64,000 nt of DNA from an uncultured cyanobacterium (lineage in GTDB: Bacteria; Cyanobacteriota; Cyanobacteriia; Phormidesmidales; Phormidesmidaceae): positions 480,001 to 544,000 of the forward strand of contig CAWBZI010000004.1 of assembly GCA_963793265.1 (NCBI GenBank). Direction: 5' to 3'. Both the position numbers and the translations under genes were made by a program. The notes below the pieces were generated by a model, which was not told the origin of the DNA, made no database searches, and saw only the letters and a program-made list of their open reading frames with translations. This document shows, piece by piece, positions 60,747-64,000 of the stretch. Numbering within the stretch: the stretch's first letter is position 1; each line of letters starts with the position of its first letter.

Positions 60747-61607
60747 ATGAAAGTCATTCCTACCAGGCTATCTGACATTCTATTAACGGCGATCGCACCC
60801 ATTTCCTGGGGCACGACCTACGCGGTAGCGACCGAATTTTTGCCAGCGGGCCATCCTTTATTGGTAGCTTCGATGCGATCGCTTCCCATTGGCCTATTGC
60901 TCACCATCGGCCTGCGCAAGCTCCCGACAGGCAACTGGTGGTGGCGCATGTTGATCTTAGGTGGATTGAATATTGGCGTATTTCAAGCGCTGCTGTTTGT
61001 CGCGGCCTATCGCTTGCCGGGCGGCGTTGCGGCGACCGCCGGATCTATTCAGCCTTTGCTAACAGGATTATTTGCCTGGGCGATATTAAGCCAGAAGCCT
61101 TCTAAGACTTCTGTTGTCGCTGCGATGGCTGGCTTTATCGGCGTTGGACTATTAGTGCTTGGCCCGAGCGCACAGCTTGACGGTATTGGCATCATTGCGG
61201 CCCTAGCAGGTGCAGGTGCTATGGGTCTAGGCACCGTACTCGTAAAAAAATGGAAGCCGCCAGTTTCTCTGATGGTTTTTACCGCTTGGCAGCTTACGAT
61301 TGGTGGCTTTTTGCTGCTCCCAGTAGCGCTCATCACCGAAGGGCCTTTTACCGAAGTTACTCGAACAAATTTATGGGGCTTCATCTACCTCGGTCTGATT
61401 GGCACGGGCTTAGCGTACGCGCTCTGGTTTCGAGGTATTAACCGGCTTAGCCCAACAGCAGCCTCGTACTTAGGACTGCTCAGTCCTGTTGTTGCCTCTC
61501 TGATTGGATATGTCTTTTTACAGGAGACATTTACGCTTGTTCAACTCGCTGGGGTGGCCATAATCTTAGCCAGCGTCGTGATTGGTCAACAAACCAGCTC
61601 TAAATAG
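60747..61607 (+). CDS. pecM: EamA/DMT efflux transporter, PecM-like
   Basis: TAIAPISWGTTY, AAYRLPGGVAAT, about 10 TMs; divergent from PecS-like MarR. Confidence 0.82.
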   Translation: MKVIPTRLSDILLTAIAPISWGTTYAVATEFLPAGHPLLVASMRSLPIGLLLTIGLRKLPTGNWWWRMLILGGLNIGVFQALLFVAAYRLPGGVAATAGSIQPLLTGLFAWAILSQKPSKTSVVAAMAGFIGVGLLVLGPSAQLDGIGIIAALAGAGAMGLGTVLVKKWKPPVSLMVFTAWQLTIGGFLLLPVALITEGPFTEVTRTNLWGFIYLGLIGTGLAYALWFRGINRLSPTAASYLGLLSPVVASLIGYVFLQETFTLVQLAGVAIILASVVIGQQTSSK

Positions 61608-61641
61608 ACAATTACTCACAAACTTAAGGATTCTACACATC

Positions 61642-62046
61642 ATGATTCAACACATCAATCCACCTGAGCTTGGCAACCCTACTAAATATGGATTTACTAA
61701 TATCGTCAAGGTGCCTTCTGATCAAACGCTCGTTTTCTTCGCTGGGCAGGGCGGCAGAGATGACAAAGGAGAGCTTGGTGACTTTGAAGCGCAGCTCAAG
61801 CAGGCTTTTGTTAGCTTGCGCAAAGCTTTAGCAGCAGCCGGTGCAACGCCGGAGCAGGTCGTAAAGATTACGGTGCTTTCTGTCGATCACGATGCTGAAA
61901 AGCAAAGGCTGATATCAGCTGAGCGGAATGCAATGTGGCCTGATGATTTGGTTAAGCCGACAAGTACCTTGATTCCGGTGCCTCGGCTGGCGGGTGATGG
62001 GATGTTGTTTGAAATAGATGCGATCGCAGCTATCCCAACCTCGTAA
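61642..62046 (+). CDS. RidA/YjgF-family protein (non-Arg subtype)
   Basis: AGQ, QVVKIT, PTSTL, FEIDAIA; ATG 61642 with AAGGA RBS. Confidence 0.85.
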   Translation: MIQHINPPELGNPTKYGFTNIVKVPSDQTLVFFAGQGGRDDKGELGDFEAQLKQAFVSLRKALAAAGATPEQVVKITVLSVDHDAEKQRLISAERNAMWPDDLVKPTSTLIPVPRLAGDGMLFEIDAIAAIPTS

Positions 62047-62173
62047 ACCTCATAATCTATTCGGTTGCCTAATGGGCTCCCCCTCCACAGAAAGATTCTT
62101 CTAACAACGTCAGACTGACATAATTTGACAGACCTCTATCCGTCCTGTTCCAAAACAAATACGAGAGACTCTA

Positions 62174-62833
62174 ATGGCCAAACCAGACCTCACGCCCGAT
62201 CAAGTTTTAGACACGCTTAACTGGCGTTACGCCACCAAAAAGTTTGACACCGACAAGAAAATCCCAGACGACGTTTGGCACGCCCTAGAGCAAAGCCTAG
62301 TCCTTTCGCCCTCTTCATTCGGCCTACAGCCCTGGAAGTTCTTTGTCGTTCGCAATCCTGATGTTAGAGAAAAATTAGTAGATGCTTCTTGGGGTCAAAC
62401 TAAGGTAGCCGAAGCTTCTCATCTAGTCGTTCTGGCGGTAAAAACGGACATCGGTGCAGATGATGTACCGCCTTATATCAGCCGCGTAAAAGAAGTTCGC
62501 AACATGCCTGACGACAAGCTTAAAGGTATGGAAGAGATGATTAAAGGCTATTTGAAAGAGCCTCCTTTTGATCTCATTCCCGATAAGTGGTCAGCCAAAC
62601 AAACCTATCTCGCACTAGGGTTTTTCTTATACAGCGCAGCCTTGCTCGGCATCGATACCTGTCCCATGGAAGGCTTTGAACCTGATAAGTTTGATGAGAT
62701 TTTGGGCTTAAAAGACCAAGGTTACGCTTCAGTTGTTATCTGCACGGCGGGCTATCGTTCTGAAGACGATCGGGCGGCTGATATGGCTAAGGTGCGTTAT
62801 AAAACTGAAAAGGTAGTGCAGTACATTGACTAA
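62174..62833 (+). CDS. NAD(P)H nitroreductase (NfsB-like)
   Basis: WRYATKKFD, SPSSFGLQPW, DTCPMEGF. Confidence 0.92.
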   Translation: MAKPDLTPDQVLDTLNWRYATKKFDTDKKIPDDVWHALEQSLVLSPSSFGLQPWKFFVVRNPDVREKLVDASWGQTKVAEASHLVVLAVKTDIGADDVPPYISRVKEVRNMPDDKLKGMEEMIKGYLKEPPFDLIPDKWSAKQTYLALGFFLYSAALLGIDTCPMEGFEPDKFDEILGLKDQGYASVVICTAGYRSEDDRAADMAKVRYKTEKVVQYID

Positions 62834-63641
62834 CTATATTTGTGCGACTTGTGGAACGCAGTTTGCTCGAACACCGGAACCGCCGCCGCGCTGCCCTATC
62901 TGCGAAGACGAACGGCAGTATGTTGGTTCCGGTGGCCAGCAGTGGACGACGCTGCTTGAGCTACAAAAAGAACACCATAACCGCATTGAAAAGCAAGAAG
63001 AGAATCTGTATGGCATTGGCACAGAGCCTAAGTTTGCAATTGGACAGCGGGCGCTGTTGATTCAGTCAACGTCAGGAAACGTGCTATGGGACTGCATTAG
63101 CTTGGTGGACGATGAGACGGTTGAGCAGGTGAATGCGCTGGGTGGAGTAAGTGCGATCGCGATTTCTCATCCCCACTACTATGGCTCAGCGGTGGAGTGG
63201 GCACATGCTTTTGGGGTCAAGGTGTATCTGCATGAGCGCGATCACCAATGGATGCAAAGACCCGACAGCAGCATTGAGTTCTGGCAGGGCGAAACGCTTA
63301 AACTTCAGGAGAATATCACGCTGATTAGAGCGGGTGGCCATTTTGAAGGCGGCACCGTTTGTCACTGGATCTGTGGCGCTGATGAAGGTGAAGGGAGGCT
63401 TTTGACTGGTGATGTAATTCAAGTCGTCGCTGATAAGCGCTGGGTCAGCTTTATGTATAGCTACCCCAACTACATTCCACTACCTGCCGTCAAAGTCAGG
63501 CACATCCTAGATTCTGTAAAACCTTACAGCTTTGATCGCCTTTATGGTGCCTGGTGGACGGCTATTGTGGCTGATGATGCGAAGAATAGAGTGCGAGCTT
63601 CAGCCGAGCGATACATTAGAGCGATTGAAGTAGGAATTTGA
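62826..63641 (+). CDS. MBL-fold hydrolase with N-terminal CxxC...CxxC
   Basis: CATCG, CPICEDERQY, SHPHYY, GGHF, SFMYSYPN. Confidence 0.85.
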   Translation: MTNYICATCGTQFARTPEPPPRCPICEDERQYVGSGGQQWTTLLELQKEHHNRIEKQEENLYGIGTEPKFAIGQRALLIQSTSGNVLWDCISLVDDETVEQVNALGGVSAIAISHPHYYGSAVEWAHAFGVKVYLHERDHQWMQRPDSSIEFWQGETLKLQENITLIRAGGHFEGGTVCHWICGADEGEGRLLTGDVIQVVADKRWVSFMYSYPNYIPLPAVKVRHILDSVKPYSFDRLYGAWWTAIVADDAKNRVRASAERYIRAIEVGI

Positions 63642-63746
63642 CTGGCTTTGGGCAAATGTAGCAGAACAAAAAGTGTCATAGGGCGGTGGCGGTTATAGCA
63701 ATCGCTCCTAACATGGACAAACATTCAGCCCTAAAGGAGTCTTGTG

Positions 63747-64000
63747 ATGTCTCGTGAGTCCGAAAATAGTCTGAACAAAACGCCTCAGATCGAAAGTGCC
63801 GAAAGTTCTCAGTACAGCGCGCTGACCAGCTTCTCAATCGGCTTTTTCTTCGGCAGTGTGGTTTTTTTATTGCTACTAGGCTCAATGGAAATGACGCACA
63901 CGCCGCTTTCTGAAGTGGGCACTGTCCCCCTAATCGTCGCAGCAGTGGTTCCTTTTATTTGTGGTGCGATCGCCGTTCGATTCAAGCACAGCTTTATTGA
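63747..64000 (+). CDS. Small membrane protein (partial, runs off right edge)
   Basis: AAAGGAG RBS, ATG 63747, open frame to window end with two hydrophobic segments; not in ORF track. Confidence 0.6.
   Translation, partial: MSRESENSLNKTPQIESAESSQYSALTSFSIGFFFGSVVFLLLLGSMEMTHTPLSEVGTVPLIVAAVVPFICGAIAVRFKHSFI

Larger units (their letters stand above)
1..64000. repeat. HIP1 octamer (GCGATCGC) dispersed throughout
   Basis: Many dozens of copies, mostly in CDS; cyanobacterial hallmark. Confidence 0.95.

Noticed and set aside
63747..64000. Possible frameshift near the T7 run in the terminal ORF
   Set aside because: Rechecked; the frame stays open to the window end

Overview
Chromosomal window from a cyanobacterium: the HIP1 octamer GCGATCGC is very dense, and PBP-A, PatA and ABC1 families are present. 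Most of it is core or ancillary metabolism (trmJ-like, hupE-cobW under a cobalamin riboswitch, trmFO, gnd, yciH, dut, rpiA, aroC, recA) mixed with envelope and secreted proteins and TPR proteins. I found no rRNA, tRNA, CRISPR array, prophage or intact IS. Highlights: (i) a 1.35 kb toxin-antitoxin/defence islet between cobW and trmFO, with an Rpn nuclease carrying an internal SD+ATG (gene-within-gene antitoxin candidate) and an MNT antitoxin whose toxin partner appears reduced to a 19-codon stub; (ii) a small Sel1-repeat gene whose TATAAT promoter abuts a consensus LexA box (candidate new SOS member); (iii) a PecS/PecM-type urate-sensing MarR-EamA module with readable operator palindromes, extended by a Rid gene; (iv) a 1300-aa DUF4347-CBM-Calx-lectin-PA14-sugar dehydrogenase behind a long hairpin-rich leader; (v) a coupled small-protein/HTTM (SdpAB-like) pair; (vi) a histidine kinase split by a single-base frameshift. 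Three ORFs missing from the ORF track were added (partial capA-like, DUF2256, partial terminal membrane protein). All family calls come from motif recognition, not database searches.
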